Positions 15,201 to 28,600 of a DNA stretch of 64,000 nucleotides are shown here, piece by piece (position 1 is the stretch's first letter; each line of letters begins with the position of its first letter). The notes beneath the pieces were generated by a model. That model saw only the letters and a list, made by a program, of their open reading frames with translations. It did no database searches and was not told the DNA's origin. This stretch comes from the human T2T-CHM13v2.0 reference genome, Homo sapiens: NCBI RefSeq assembly GCF_009914755.1, contig NC_060933.1; one strand, 5' to 3'. The translations under genes and the position numbers were made by a program.

Positions 15201-18200
15201 CCATTCGGGTTGTTCCATTCCATTCCATTCCATTCCAATCCATTCCATTGCACTCGGGTTGATTACTTTCCATTCCATTCCATTCCGGATGATTCCATTC
15301 CATTGCATTCCGTTCCATTACATTCCCCTGCACTCGTGTTGATTCCATTCCATTCCATTCCATTCCATTCATTTCCATTCCATTACAATTCGTTCCATTC
15401 CATTCTATTCCGTACCATTCCATTCCATTCCATACCATTCCATTCCATTCCATTCCATTCCATTCCATTCCATTCCATTCTATTCGGATTAATTCCATTC
15501 CATTCCATTCCATTCCATTCTATTCCATTCCATTGCAATCGAGTTGAATCCATTGCATTTCATTCCATTCCATTCCATTCCATTCCATTCCATTCCAATC
15601 CGGAAGATTCCATTCCATTGCATTCCGTTCCATTCCATTCCCCTGCACTCGCGTTGATTCCATTCCATTCCATTCCATTCCATTCCATTCCGTTCCGTTC
15701 CATTCCATTCCATTCCATTCCATTCCATTCCATTCTGTTCCGTTCCATTCCATTCCATTCCATTCTATTCGGGTTAATTCCATTCCATTCCATTCGATTG
15801 CAATCGAGTTGATTCCATTCCATTCCATTCCATTCCATTCCATTCCATTCCTTTCCATTCCATTACGGATGATTCCATTCCATTGCATTCCATTCCATTC
15901 CATTCCCCTGTACTCGGGTTGATTCCATTCCATTCCATTCCAATCCATGCCATTCCACTCGTGTTGATTCCATTCTTTCCATTCCATTCAACTTAAATCC
16001 ATTCCATTGCATTCCATTCCATTCGATTCCATTTGATTTCACTCGGGTTGATTCCATTCCATTGCATTCCATTCCATTCCGTTCCATTCCATTCCATTCC
16101 GTTCCATTCCATTCCATTACATTCGGATTGATTCTATTCAATTCCCTTACACTCCATTACATTCCATTCCATTCGGGTAGTTTCCATTCCATTCCATTCC
16201 ATTCCTCTCCATTCCATTGAACTCGGGTTGATTCCATTCCATTCCATTCCATTCCATTCCATTCAATTCCATTCCGTTCCATTCCATTCCATTACATTCG
16301 GATTGATTCTATTCAACTCCCTTACTCTCCATTACATTCCATTCCATTCGGGTTGTTCCATTCCATTCCATTCCTTTCCATTCCATTCCATTACATTCGG
16401 ATTGATTCTATTCAACTCCCTTACTCTCCATTACATTCCATTCCATTCGGGTTGTTCCATTCCATTCCATTCCATTCCACTCCATTCCATTGCACTCGGG
16501 TTTATTCCATTCCATTCCATTCCATTCCCTTGCACTCGCGTTGATTCCATTCCATTCCATACCATTCCATTCCATTCCTTTCCGTTCCATTCCATTCCAT
16601 TCCATTCCATTCCATTCCAATGCATTCCATTCCGTTCCGTTCCGTTCCATTCCATTCCATTCCATTCTATTCGGGTTAATTCCATTCCATTCCGTTCGAT
16701 TGCAATCGAGTTGATTCCATTCCATTCCATTCAATTCCATTCCATTCCATTCCATTCCTTTCCATTCCATTACGGATGATTCCATTCCATTGCATTCCAT
16801 TCCATTCCATTCCCCTGTACTCGGGTTGATTCCATTCCATTCCATTCCAATCCATGCCATTCCACTCGTGTTGATTCCATTCTTTCCATTCCATTCAAGT
16901 TGAATCCATTCCATTGCATTCCATTCCATTCCATTCCCCTGCAGTCGGGTTCTTTCCATTCCATTCCATTCCATTCCATTCCATTCCATTCCGTTCCGTT
17001 CCATTCCATTCCATTCCATTCTATTCGGGTTAATTCCATTCCATTCCATTCCATTCCATTCCATTCCATTCCATTCCATTCCATTCGTGTTGATTCCATT
17101 CCATTCCATTCCATTCCATTCCACTCCATTCCAGTCCTTTCCATTCCATTCCACTCGGGTTGATTCCAATGTATTCCTTTCCATTCCATTCCATTCCATT
17201 GCAATCGAGTTGATTCCATTGCTTTGCATTCCATTCCATTCCATTCCCCTGCACTCGGTTTGATTCCATTCCATTCCACTCCATTCCGTTCCATTCCATT
17301 CCATTCCATTCCAAAGTATTCGGGTTAATTCCATTCCATTCCATTCCATTCCGTTCCATTCCATTACAATCGTGTTGATTCCATTCCATTCCATTCCTTT
17401 CCAGTCCTTTCCATTCCATTCCACTCGGGTTGATTCCATTCTATTAGTTTCCATTCCATTCCATTCCCTTCCATTCCACTCTGGTTGATTCCATTCCTTT
17501 CCATTCCACTCGAATACATTCCCTCCTATTCCACTCGGAACGATTCCATTCCATTCCATTCCATTCCATTCCATTCCATTCCATTCCATTCCATTTCGTT
17601 CCATTCCATTCTATTCCATATCATTCCATTCCATTCCATTCCATTCCATTCCATTCCATTCCATTCCATTCCATTCCATTGTACTCGGGTTGATTCAATT
17701 CCATTGCATTCCATTACATTCCATTCCATTCCATTCCGTTGCATTCCATTCCATTACATTCGGATTGATTCTATTCAACTCCCTTACTCTCCATTACATT
17801 CCATTCCATTCGGGTTGTTCCATTCCATTCCATTCCATTCCAATCCATTCCATTGCACTCGGGTTGATTACATACCATTCCATTCCATTCCAATCCATTC
17901 CATTGCACTCGGGTTGATTACATTCCATTCCATTCCATTCCGGATGATTCCATTCCATTGCATTCCGTTCCATTTCATTCCACTGCACTCGCGTTGATTC
18001 CATTCCATTCCATTCCATTCCATTCCATTCCATTCCATTACAATTCGTTACATTCCATTCTATTCCGTACCATTCCATTCCATTCCATACCATTCCATTC
18101 CATTCCATTCCATTCCATTCCATTCTATTCGGATTAATTCCATTCCATTCCATTCCATTCCATTCCATTCTATTCCATTCCATTGCAATCGAGTTGAATC

Positions 18201-18500
18201 CATTGCATTTCATTCCATTCCATTCCATTCCATTCCAATCCGGAAGATTCCATTCCATTGCATTCCATTCCATTCCATTCCCCTGCACTCGCGTTGATTC
18301 CATTCCATTCCATTCCATTCCATTCCGTTCCGTTCCATTCCATTCCATTCCATTAAATTCCATTCCATTCCGTTCCGTTCCATTCCATTCCATTCCATTC
18401 TATTCGGGTTAATTCCATTCCATTCCATTCGATTGCAATCGAGTTGATTCCATTCCATTCCATTCCATTCCATTCCATTCCATTCCTTTCCATTCCATTA
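270..18500 (+). repeat. Degenerate higher-order repeat domain, about 2.6-3.0 kb monomers arranged as about 5.3-5.5 kb dimers
   Basis: The landmark GAATACATTCCCTCCTATTCCACTCGGAACG occurs at 1115, 3836, 6448, 9061, 12066, 14917 and 17512. ORF offsets are 5333 (628/5961), 2841-2851 (13022/15863, 12638/15489) and 5476 (11424/16900). Boundaries are approximate. Confidence 0.75.
4580..9809 (+). repeat. Recent tandem duplication, 2 x 2613 bp (4580-7192 / 7193-9805)
   Basis: Identical ORF pairs are offset by exactly 2613 (5003/7616, 5821/8434, 6882/9495). Private variants such as CCCTCTTATTCC occur in both copies. Identity starts at 4580/7193 and ends at 7196/9809. Confidence 0.93.
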
Positions 18501-21500
18501 CGGATGATTCCATTCCATTGCATTCCATTCCATTCCATTCCCCTGTACTCGCGTTGATTCCATTCCATTCCATTCTATTCCATTCCATTCCCTTCCTTTC
18601 CGTTCCATTCCATTCCATTCCATTCCATTCCATTCCGTTCCGTTCCATTCCATTCCATTCCATTCTATTCGGGTTAATTCCATTCCATTCCATTCAATTG
18701 CAATCGAGTTGATTCCATTCCATTCCATTCCATTCCATTCCATTCCATTCCTTTCCATTCCATTACGGATGATTCCATTCCATTGCATTCCATTCCATTC
18801 CATTCCCCTGTACTCGGGTTGATTCCATTCCATTGCATTCCAATCCATGCCCTTCCACTCGTGTTGATTCCATTCTTTCCATTCCATTCAAGTTGAATCC
18901 ATTCCATTGCATTCCATTCCATTCGATTCCATTCGATTGCACTTGGGTTGATTCCATTCCATTGCATTCCATTCCATTCCATTCCGTTACATTCCATTCC
19001 ATTACATTCGGATTGATTCTATTCAATTCCCTTACACTCGATTACATTCCATTCCATTCGTGTAGTTTCCATTCCATTCCATTCCATTCCTCTCCATTCC
19101 ATTGAACTCTGGTTGATTCCATTCCATTGCATTCCATTCCATTCCATTCAATTCCATTCCGTTCCATTCCATTCCATTACATTCGGATTGATTCTATTCA
19201 ACTCCCTTACTCTCCATTACATTCCATTCCATTCGGGTTGTTCCATTCCATTCCATTCCATTCAACTCCATTCCATTGCACTCGGGTTTATTCCATTCCA
19301 TTCCATTCCATTCCATTCCATTCCATTCCATTCCATTCCGGAAGATTCCATTCCATTGCATTCCATTCCATTCCATTGCCCTGCACTCTCGTTGATTCCA
19401 TTCCATTCCATTCCATTCCATTCCATTCCATTCCATTCCATTTCATTCCGTTCCGTTCCGTTCCGTTCCATTCCATTCCATTCCATTCTATTCGGGTTAA
19501 TTCCATTCCATTCCATTCGATTGCAATCGAGTTGATTCCATTCCATTCCATTCCATTCCATTCCATTCCTTTCCATTCCATTACGGATGATTCCATTCCA
19601 TTGCATTCCATTCCATTCCATTCCCCTGTACTCGGGTTGATTCCATTCCATTCCATTCCAATCCATGCCATTCCACTCGTGTTGATTCCATTCTTTCCAT
19701 TCCATTCAAGTTGAATCCATTCCATTTCATTCCATTCCATTCCATTCCCCTGCAGTCGGGTTGTTTCCATTCCATTCCATTCCATTCCATTCCATTCCAT
19801 TCCATTCCGGAAGATTCCATTCCATTGCATTCCATTCCATTCCATTCCCCTGCACTCTCGTTGATTCCATTCCATTCCATTCCATTCCATTCCATTCCAT
19901 TCCAATCAAGCTGATTCCATTCCATTCCATTCCATTGCATTCCATTCCATTCCACTCCATTCCAGTCCTTTCCATTCCATTCCACTCGGGTTGATTCCAA
20001 TGTATTCCTTTCCATTCCATTCCATTCCATTGCAATCGAGTTGATTCCATTGCTTTGCATTCCATTCCATTCCATTCCATTCCGGATGATTCCATTCCAT
20101 TGCATTCCATTCCATTCTATTCCCCTGCACTCGGGTTGATTCCATTCCATTGCATTCCATTCCATTCCATTCAATTCCATTCCGTTCCATTCCATTCCAT
20201 TACATTCGGATTGATTCTATTCAACTCCCTTACTCTCCATTACATTCCATTCCATTCGGGTTGTTCCATTCCATTCCATTCCATTCCACTCCATTCCATT
20301 GCACTCGGGTTGATTCCATTCCATTCCATTCCATTCCATTCCATTCCATTCCATTCCGGAAGATTCCATTCCATTGCATTCCATTCCATTCCATTCCCCT
20401 GCACTCGCGTTGATTCCATTCCATTCCATTATATTCCATTTCATTCCCTTCCTTTCCGTTCCATTCCACTCCATTCCATTCCATTCCGTTCCGTTCCATT
20501 CCATTCCATTCCATTCTATTCGGGTTAATTCCATTCCATTCCATTCGATTGCAATCGAGTTGATTCCATTCCATTCCATTTCGTTCCATTCCATTCTATT
20601 CCGTATCATTCCATTCCATTCCATTCCATTCCATTCCATTCCATTCCATTCCATTCCTTTCCATTCCATTACGGATGATTCCATTCCATTGCATTCCATT
20701 CCATTCCATTCCCCTGTACTCGGGTTGATTCCATTCCATTCCATTCCAATCCATGCCATTCCACTCGTGTTGATTCCATTCTTTCCATTCCATTCAAGTT
20801 GAATCCATTCCATTGCATTCCATTCCATTCGATTCCATTCGATTGCACTCGGGTTGATTCCATTCCATTGCATTCCATTCCATTCCATTCCATTCGATTG
20901 CACTCGGGTTGATTCCATTCCATTGCATTCCATTCCATTCCATTCCATTCCATTCCATTCCGTTCCATTCCATTTCATTACATTCAGATTGATTCTATTC
21001 AATTCCCTTACACTCCATTATATTCCAATCCATTCTGGTTGTCTCCATTCCATTCCATTCCATTTCACTCCATTCCATTGCACTCGTGTTGATTCCATTC
21101 CATTCCATTCCATTGTATTCCTTTCCATTCCATTCCGGATGATTCCATTCCATTGCATTCCATTCCATTCCATTCAAGTTGAATCCATTCCATTGCATTC
21201 CATTCCATTCGATTCCATTCGATTGCACTCGGGTTGATTCCATGGCATTGCATTCCATTCCATTCCATTCCATTCCATACCATTCCATTCCATTCCTTTC
21301 CATTCCATTCCATTCCATTCCATTCGGATTCATTCTATTCAATTCGCTTACACTCCATTGCATTCCATTCCATTCGTGTAGTTTCCATTCCATTCCATTC
21401 CATTCCTCTCCATTCCATTGCACTCGGGTTGATTCCATTCCATTCCATTCCATTCCATTCCATTCCGGATGATTCCATTCCATTGAATTCCATTCCATTC

Positions 21501-22394
21501 CATTCCCCTGCACTTGGGTTGATTCCATTCCATTCCATTCCATTCCTTTCTGTTCCATTCCATTCCATTCCATTCCATTCTATTCATGTTAATTCCGTTC
21601 CATTCTATTCCATTCCATTCCATTGAAATCGAGTTGATTCCATTCCATTCAATTCCATTCCATTCCATTCCATTCCATTCCATTCCATTCCGGATGATTT
21701 CATTCCATTGCATTCCATTCCATTCCATTCCCCTGCACTTGGGTTGATTCCATTCCATTCCATTCCATTCCATTCCATTCCATTCCGTTCCATTTCATTC
21801 TATTCGGGTTAATTCCATTCCATTCCATTCCACTCCGTTCCAGTCCTTTCCATTCCATTCCACTCGCGTTGATTCCATTCTATTCCTTTTAATTCCATTC
21901 CATTCCATTGCAATCGAGTGGATTCCATTCGAGTTGAATCCATTCCATTCCATTCCATTCCATTCCATTGCACACGGGTTCATTCCATTCCATTCCATTC
22001 CATTCCATTCCATTCCATTCTATTCCATTTCATTCAATTCCATTCTATTCCGTACCATTCCATTCCATCCCATTCCATTCCGTTCCATTCCATGCCATTA
22101 CACTCGGGTTGATTCCATTCCTTTCCATTCCATTCTTGTTGAATCCATTCCATTCCATTCCATTCCATTCCATTCGAATCCATTCCATTGCACTCGGGTT
22201 GATTCCATTCCATTCCATTCCATTCCATTTCATTCCATTCCATTCCATTACATTCGGATTGATTCTATTCAATTCCCTTACACTCCATTACATTCCATTC
22301 CATTCGGGATGTTTCCATTCCATTCCATTCCATTCCACTCCATTCCATTGCATCAGGTTGATTGCATTCCATTACATTCCATTCCATTCCGGAT

Positions 22395-25300
22395 GATTCC
22401 ATTCCATTGCATTCCATTCCATTCCATTCCCCAGCACTCGAATTGATTCCATTCCATTCCATTCCATTCCATTCCATTCCATTCCATTCCGTTCCGTTCC
22501 ATTCCATTCCATTCCATTCTATTCTGGTTAATTCCATTCCATTCCATTCGATTCCATTCCATTCCATTCCATTCCATTCCATTGCAATCGAGTTGATTCC
22601 ATTCCATTCCATTCCATTCCGTTCCGGATGATTCCATTCCATTCCATTCCATTCCATTCCATTCCATTCCATTCCATTCCCCTGCAGTCAGGTTGATTCC
22701 ATTCCATTCCATTCCATTCCATTCCATTCCATTCCATTCCATTCCATTCCATTCCGTTCAATTCCATTCCATTCCATTCTATTCGGGTTAATTCCATTCC
22801 ATTCCATTCCATTCCATTCTATTCGGGTTAATTCCATTCCATTCCATTCCATTCCATTCCATTCCATTCTATTCCATTCCATTGCAATCGAGTTGAATCC
22901 ATAGAATTTCATTCCATTCCATTCCATTTCATTCCATTCCATTCCGTTCCGGAAGATTCCATTCCATTGCATTCCATTCCATTCCATTCCCCTGCACTCG
23001 CGTTGATTACATTCCATTCCATTCCATTCCATTCCATTCCGTTCCGTTCCGTTCCGTTCCATTCCATTCCATTCCATTCCATTCCGTTCCGTTCCATTCC
23101 ATTCCATTCCATTCTATTCGGGTTAATTCCATTCCATTCCATTCGATTGCAATCGTGTTGATTCCATTCCATTCCATTCCATTCCATTCCATTCCATTCC
23201 TTTCCATTCCATTACGGATGATTCCATTCCATTGCATTCCATTCCATTCCATTCCCCTGTACTCGGGTTGATTCCATTCCATTGCATTCCAATCCATGCC
23301 ATTCCACTCGTGTTGATTCCATTCTTTCCATTCCGTTCAAGTTGAATCCATTCCATTGCATTCCATTCCATTCGATTCCATTCGATTTCACTCGGGTTGA
23401 TTCCATTCCATTGCATTCCATTCCATTCCATTCCATTCCATTCCGTTCCATTCCATTCCGTTCCATTCCATTCCATTACATTCGGATTGATTCTATTCAA
23501 CTCCCTTACTCTCCATTACATTCGATTCCATTCGGGTTGTTCCATTCCATTCCATTCCATTCCACTCCATTCCATTGCACTCGGGTTGATTCCATTACAT
23601 TCCATTCCATTCCGGAAGATTCCATTCCATTGCATTCCATTACATTCCATTCCCCTGCACTCGCGTTGATTCCATTCCTTTCCATTCCATTCCATTCCAT
23701 TCCATTCCGTTCCGTTCCATTCCATTCCATTCCATTCCGTTCCGTTCCATTCCATTCCATTCCATTCTATTCGGGTTAATTCCATTCCATTCCATTCCAT
23801 TGCAATCGTGTTGATTCCATTCCATTCCATTCCATTCCATTCCATTAAATTCCATTCCGTTCCGTTCCATTCCATTACATTCGGATTGATTCTATTCAAC
23901 TCCCTTACTCTCCATTACATTCCATTCCATTCGGGTTGTTCCATTCCATTGCATTCCATTCCACTCCATTCCATTGCACTCGGGTTTATTCCATTCCATT
24001 CCATTCCATTCCATTCCGGAAGATTCCATTCCATTGCATTCCATTCCATTCCATTCCCCAGCACTCGAATTGATTCCATTCCATTCCATTCCATTCCATT
24101 CCATTCCATTCCATTCCGTTCCGTTCCATTCCATTCCATTCCATTCTATTCTGGTTAATTCCATTCCATTCCATTCGATTCCATTCCATTCCATTCCATT
24201 CCATTCCATTGCAATCGAGTTGATTCCATTCCATTCCATTCCATTCCGTTCCGGATGATTCCATTCCATTCCATTCCATTCCATTCCATTCCATTCCATT
24301 CCATTCCCCTGCAGTCAGGTTGATTCCATTCCATTCCATTCCATTCCATTCCATTCCATTCCATTCCATTCCGTTCAATTCCATTCCATTCCATTCTATT
24401 CGGGTTAATTCCATTCCATTCCATTCCATTCCATTCTATTCGGGTTAATTCCATTCCATTCCATTCCATTCCATTCCATTCCATTGTATTCCATTCCATT
24501 GCAATCGAGTTGAATCCATAGAATTTCATTCCATTCCATTCCATTTCATTCCATTCCATTCCGTTCCGGAAGATTCCATTCCATTGCATTCCATTCCATT
24601 CCATTCCCCTGCACTCGCGTTGATTACATTCCATTCCATTCCATTCCATTCCGTTCCGTTCCGTTCCGTTCCATTCCATTCCATTCCATTCCATTCCGTT
24701 CCGTTCCATTCCATTCCATTCCATTCTATTCGGGTTAATTCCATTCCATTCCATTCGATTGCAATCGTGTTGATTCCATTCCATTCCATTCCATTCCATT
24801 CCATTCCATTCCTTTCCATTCCATTACGGATGATTCCATTCCATTGCATTCCATTCCATTCCATTCCATTCCCCTGTACTCGGTTTGATTCCATTCCATT
24901 GCATTCCAATCCATGCCATTCCACTCGTGTTGATTCCATTCTTTCCATTCCGTTCAAGTTGAATCCATTCCATTGCATTCCATTCCATTCGATTCCATTC
25001 GATTTCACTCGGGTTGATTCCATTCCATTGCATTCCATTCCATTCCATTCCATTCCATTCCGTTCCATTCCATTCCGTTCCATTCCATTCCATTACATTC
25101 GGATTGATTCTATTCAACTCCCTTACTCTCCATTACATTCGATTCCATTCGGGTTGTTCCATTCCATTCCATTCCATTCCACTCCATTCCATTGCACTCG
25201 GGTTGATTCCATTACATTCCATTCCATTCCGGAAGATTCCATTCCATTGCATTCCATTACATTCCATTCCCCTGCACTCGCGTTGATTCCATTCCTTTCC

Positions 25301-25638
25301 ATTCCATTCCATTCCATTCCATTCCGTTCCGTTCCATTCCATTCCATTCCATTCCGTTCCGTTCCATTCCATTCCATTCCATTCTATTCGGGTTAATTCC
25401 ATTCCATTCCATTCCATTGCAATCGTGTTGATTCCATTCCATTCCATTCCATTCCATTCCATTAAATTCCATTCCGTTCCGTTCCATTCCATTACATTCG
25501 GATTGATTCTATTCAACTCCCTTACTCTCCATTACATTCCATTCCATTCGGGTTGTTCCATTCCATTGCATTCCATTCCACTCCATTCCATTGCACTCGG
25601 GTTTATTCCATTCCATTCCATTCCATTCCATTCCGGAA
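22395..25638 (+). repeat. Older tandem duplication of about 1.62 kb (about 22395-24021 / 24022-25638), largely nested in the 5101-bp unit
   Basis: ORF offsets are 1627 (22265/23892) then 1617 (23397/25014, 23506/25123). Private markers CCCAGCACTCGAATTG, ATAGAATTTC and CAGTCAGGTTG are in both copies. Copies differ by pentamer counts and a few substitutions. Confidence 0.88.
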
Positions 25639-28600
25639 GATTCCATTCCATTGCATTCCATTCCATTCCATTCCCCTGCACTCGCGTTGATTCCACTCCA
25701 TTCCATTCCATTCCATTCCATTCCATTCCATTCCATTCCATTCCATTCCTTTCCGTTCCATTGCATTCCATTCCATTCCATTCCATTCCATTCCGTTCCG
25801 TTCCGTTCCATTCTATTCCATTCCATTCTATTCGGGTTAATTCCATTCCATTCCATTCGATTGCAATCGAGTTGATTCCATTCCATTCCATTCCATTCCA
25901 TTCCATTCCTTTCCATTCCATTACCGATGATTCCATTCCATTGCATTCCATTCCATTCCATTCCCCTGTACTCGGGTTGATTCCATTCCATTCCATTCCA
26001 TTCCATTCAATTCCATTCCATTCCGGAAGATTCCATTCCATTGCATTCCATTCCATTCAATTCCCCTGCACTCGCGTTGATTCCATTCCATTCCATTCCA
26101 TTCCATTCCATTCCATTCCATTCCATTCCATTCCTTTCCGTTCCATTCCATTCCATTCCATTCCATTCCATTCCATTCCGTTCCGTTCCGTTCCATTCCA
26201 TTCCATTCCATTCTATTCGGGTTAATTCCATTCCATTCCATTCGATTGAAATCGAGTTGATTCCATTCCATTCTATTCCATTCCATTGCATTCCATTCCA
26301 TTCCATTCCATTCCTTTCCATTCCATTACGGATGATTCCATTCCATTGCATTCCATTCCATTCCATTCCCCTGTACTCGGGTTGATTCCATTCCATTCCA
26401 TTCCAATCCATGCAATTCCACTCGTGTTGATTCCATTCTTTCCATTCCATTCAAGTTGAATCCATTCCATTACATTCCATTCCATTCGATTCCATTCGAT
26501 TGCACTCGGGTTGATTCCATTCCATTGCATTCCATTCCATTCCATTCCATTCCATTCCATTTCATTCCATTCCGTTCCATTCCATTCCATTACATTCGGA
26601 TTGATTCTATTCAATTCCCTTACACTCCATTACATTCCATTCCATTCGGGTAGTTTCCATTCCATTCCATTCCATTCCTCTCCATTCCATTGCACTCGGG
26701 TTGATTCCATTCCATTGCATTCCATTCCATTCCATTCAATTCCATTCCGTTCCATTCCATTCCATTACATTCGTATTGATTCTATTCAACTGCCTTACTC
26801 TCCATTACATTCCATTCCATTCGGGTTGTTCCATTCCATTCCATTCCATTCCACCCCATTCCATTGCACTCGGGTTTATTCCATTCCATTCCATTCCATT
26901 CTATTCCATTCCATTCCATTCCACTCCGGATGATTCCGTTCCATTGCATTCCGTTCCATTACATTCCCCTGCACTCGGGTTGATTCCATTCCATTCCATT
27001 CCATTCCATTCCATTCTATTCCATTCCATTCCAATTCTTTCCATTCCATTCTATTCCGTACCATTCCATTCCATTCCATACAATTCCATTCCATTCCATT
27101 CCACTCCGTTCCGTTCCGTTCCGTTCTGTTCCGTTCCATTCCATTCCATTCCATTCTATTCGGTTTAATTCCATTCCATTCCATTCCATTCTATTCCATT
27201 CCATTGCAATCGAGTTGAATCCATTGCATTCCATTCCATTCCATTCCATTCCATTCCTTTCCATTCCATTCCGGAAGATTCCATTCCATTGCATTCCATT
27301 CCATTCCATTCCATTCCATTCCATTCCATTCCATTCCATTGTACTCGGGTTGATTCCATTCCATTGCATTCCATTCCATTCCATTCCATTTCATTCCATT
27401 CCATTCCGTTCCATTCCATTCCATTACATTCGGATTTATTCTTTTCAACTCCCTTACTCTCCATTACATTACATTCCATTCTGGTTGTTCCATTCCATTC
27501 CATTCCATTCCACTCCATTCCATTGCACTCGGGTTGATTCCATTCCATTCCATTCCATTCCATTCCGGATCATTCCATTCCATTGCATTCCGTTCCATTA
27601 CATTCCCCTGCACTCGGGTTTATTCCATTCCATTCCTTTCCATTCCATTCGATTCCATTCCATTCCATTCCATTCCATTCCATTGCAATCGAGTTGATTC
27701 CATTCCATTCCATTCCATTCCGTTCCGGATGATTCCATTCCATTCCATTCCATTCCATTCCATTCCATTCCATTCCATTCCCCTGCAGTCAGGTTGATTC
27801 CATTCCATTCCATTCCATTCCATTCCATTCCATTCCATTCCATTCCATTCCATTCCGTTCAATTCCATTCCATTCCATTCTATTCGGGTTAATTCCATTC
27901 CATTCCATTCCATTCCATTCTATTCGGGTTAATTCCATTCCATTCCATTCCATTCCATTCCATTCCATTCTATTCCATTCCATTGCAATCGAGTTGAATC
28001 CATAGAATTTCATTCCATTCCATTCCATTTCATTCCATTCCATTCCGTTCCGGAAGATTCCATTCCATTGCATTCCATTCCATTCCATTCCCCTGCACTC
28101 GCGTTGATTACATTCCATTCCATTCCATTCCATTCCATTCCGTTCCGTTCCGTTCCGTTCCATTCCATTCCATTCCATTCCATTCCGTTCCGTTCCATTC
28201 CATTCCATTCCATTCTATTCGGGTTAATTCCATTCCATTCCATTCGATTGCAATCGTGTTGATTCCATTCCATTCCATTCCATTCCATTCCATTCCATTC
28301 CTTTCCATTCCATTACGGATGATTCCATTCCATTGCATTCCATTCCATTCCATTCCCCTGTACTCGGGTTGATTCCATTCCATTGCATTCCAATCCATGC
28401 CATTCCACTCGTGTTGATTCCATTCTTTCCATTCCGTTCAAGTTGAATCCATTCCATTGCATTCCATTCCATTCGATTCCATTCGATTTCACTCGGGTTG
28501 ATTCCATTCCATTGCATTCCATTCCATTCCATTCCATTCCATTCCGTTCCATTCCATTCCGTTCCATTCCATTCCATTACATTCGGATTGATTCTATTCA

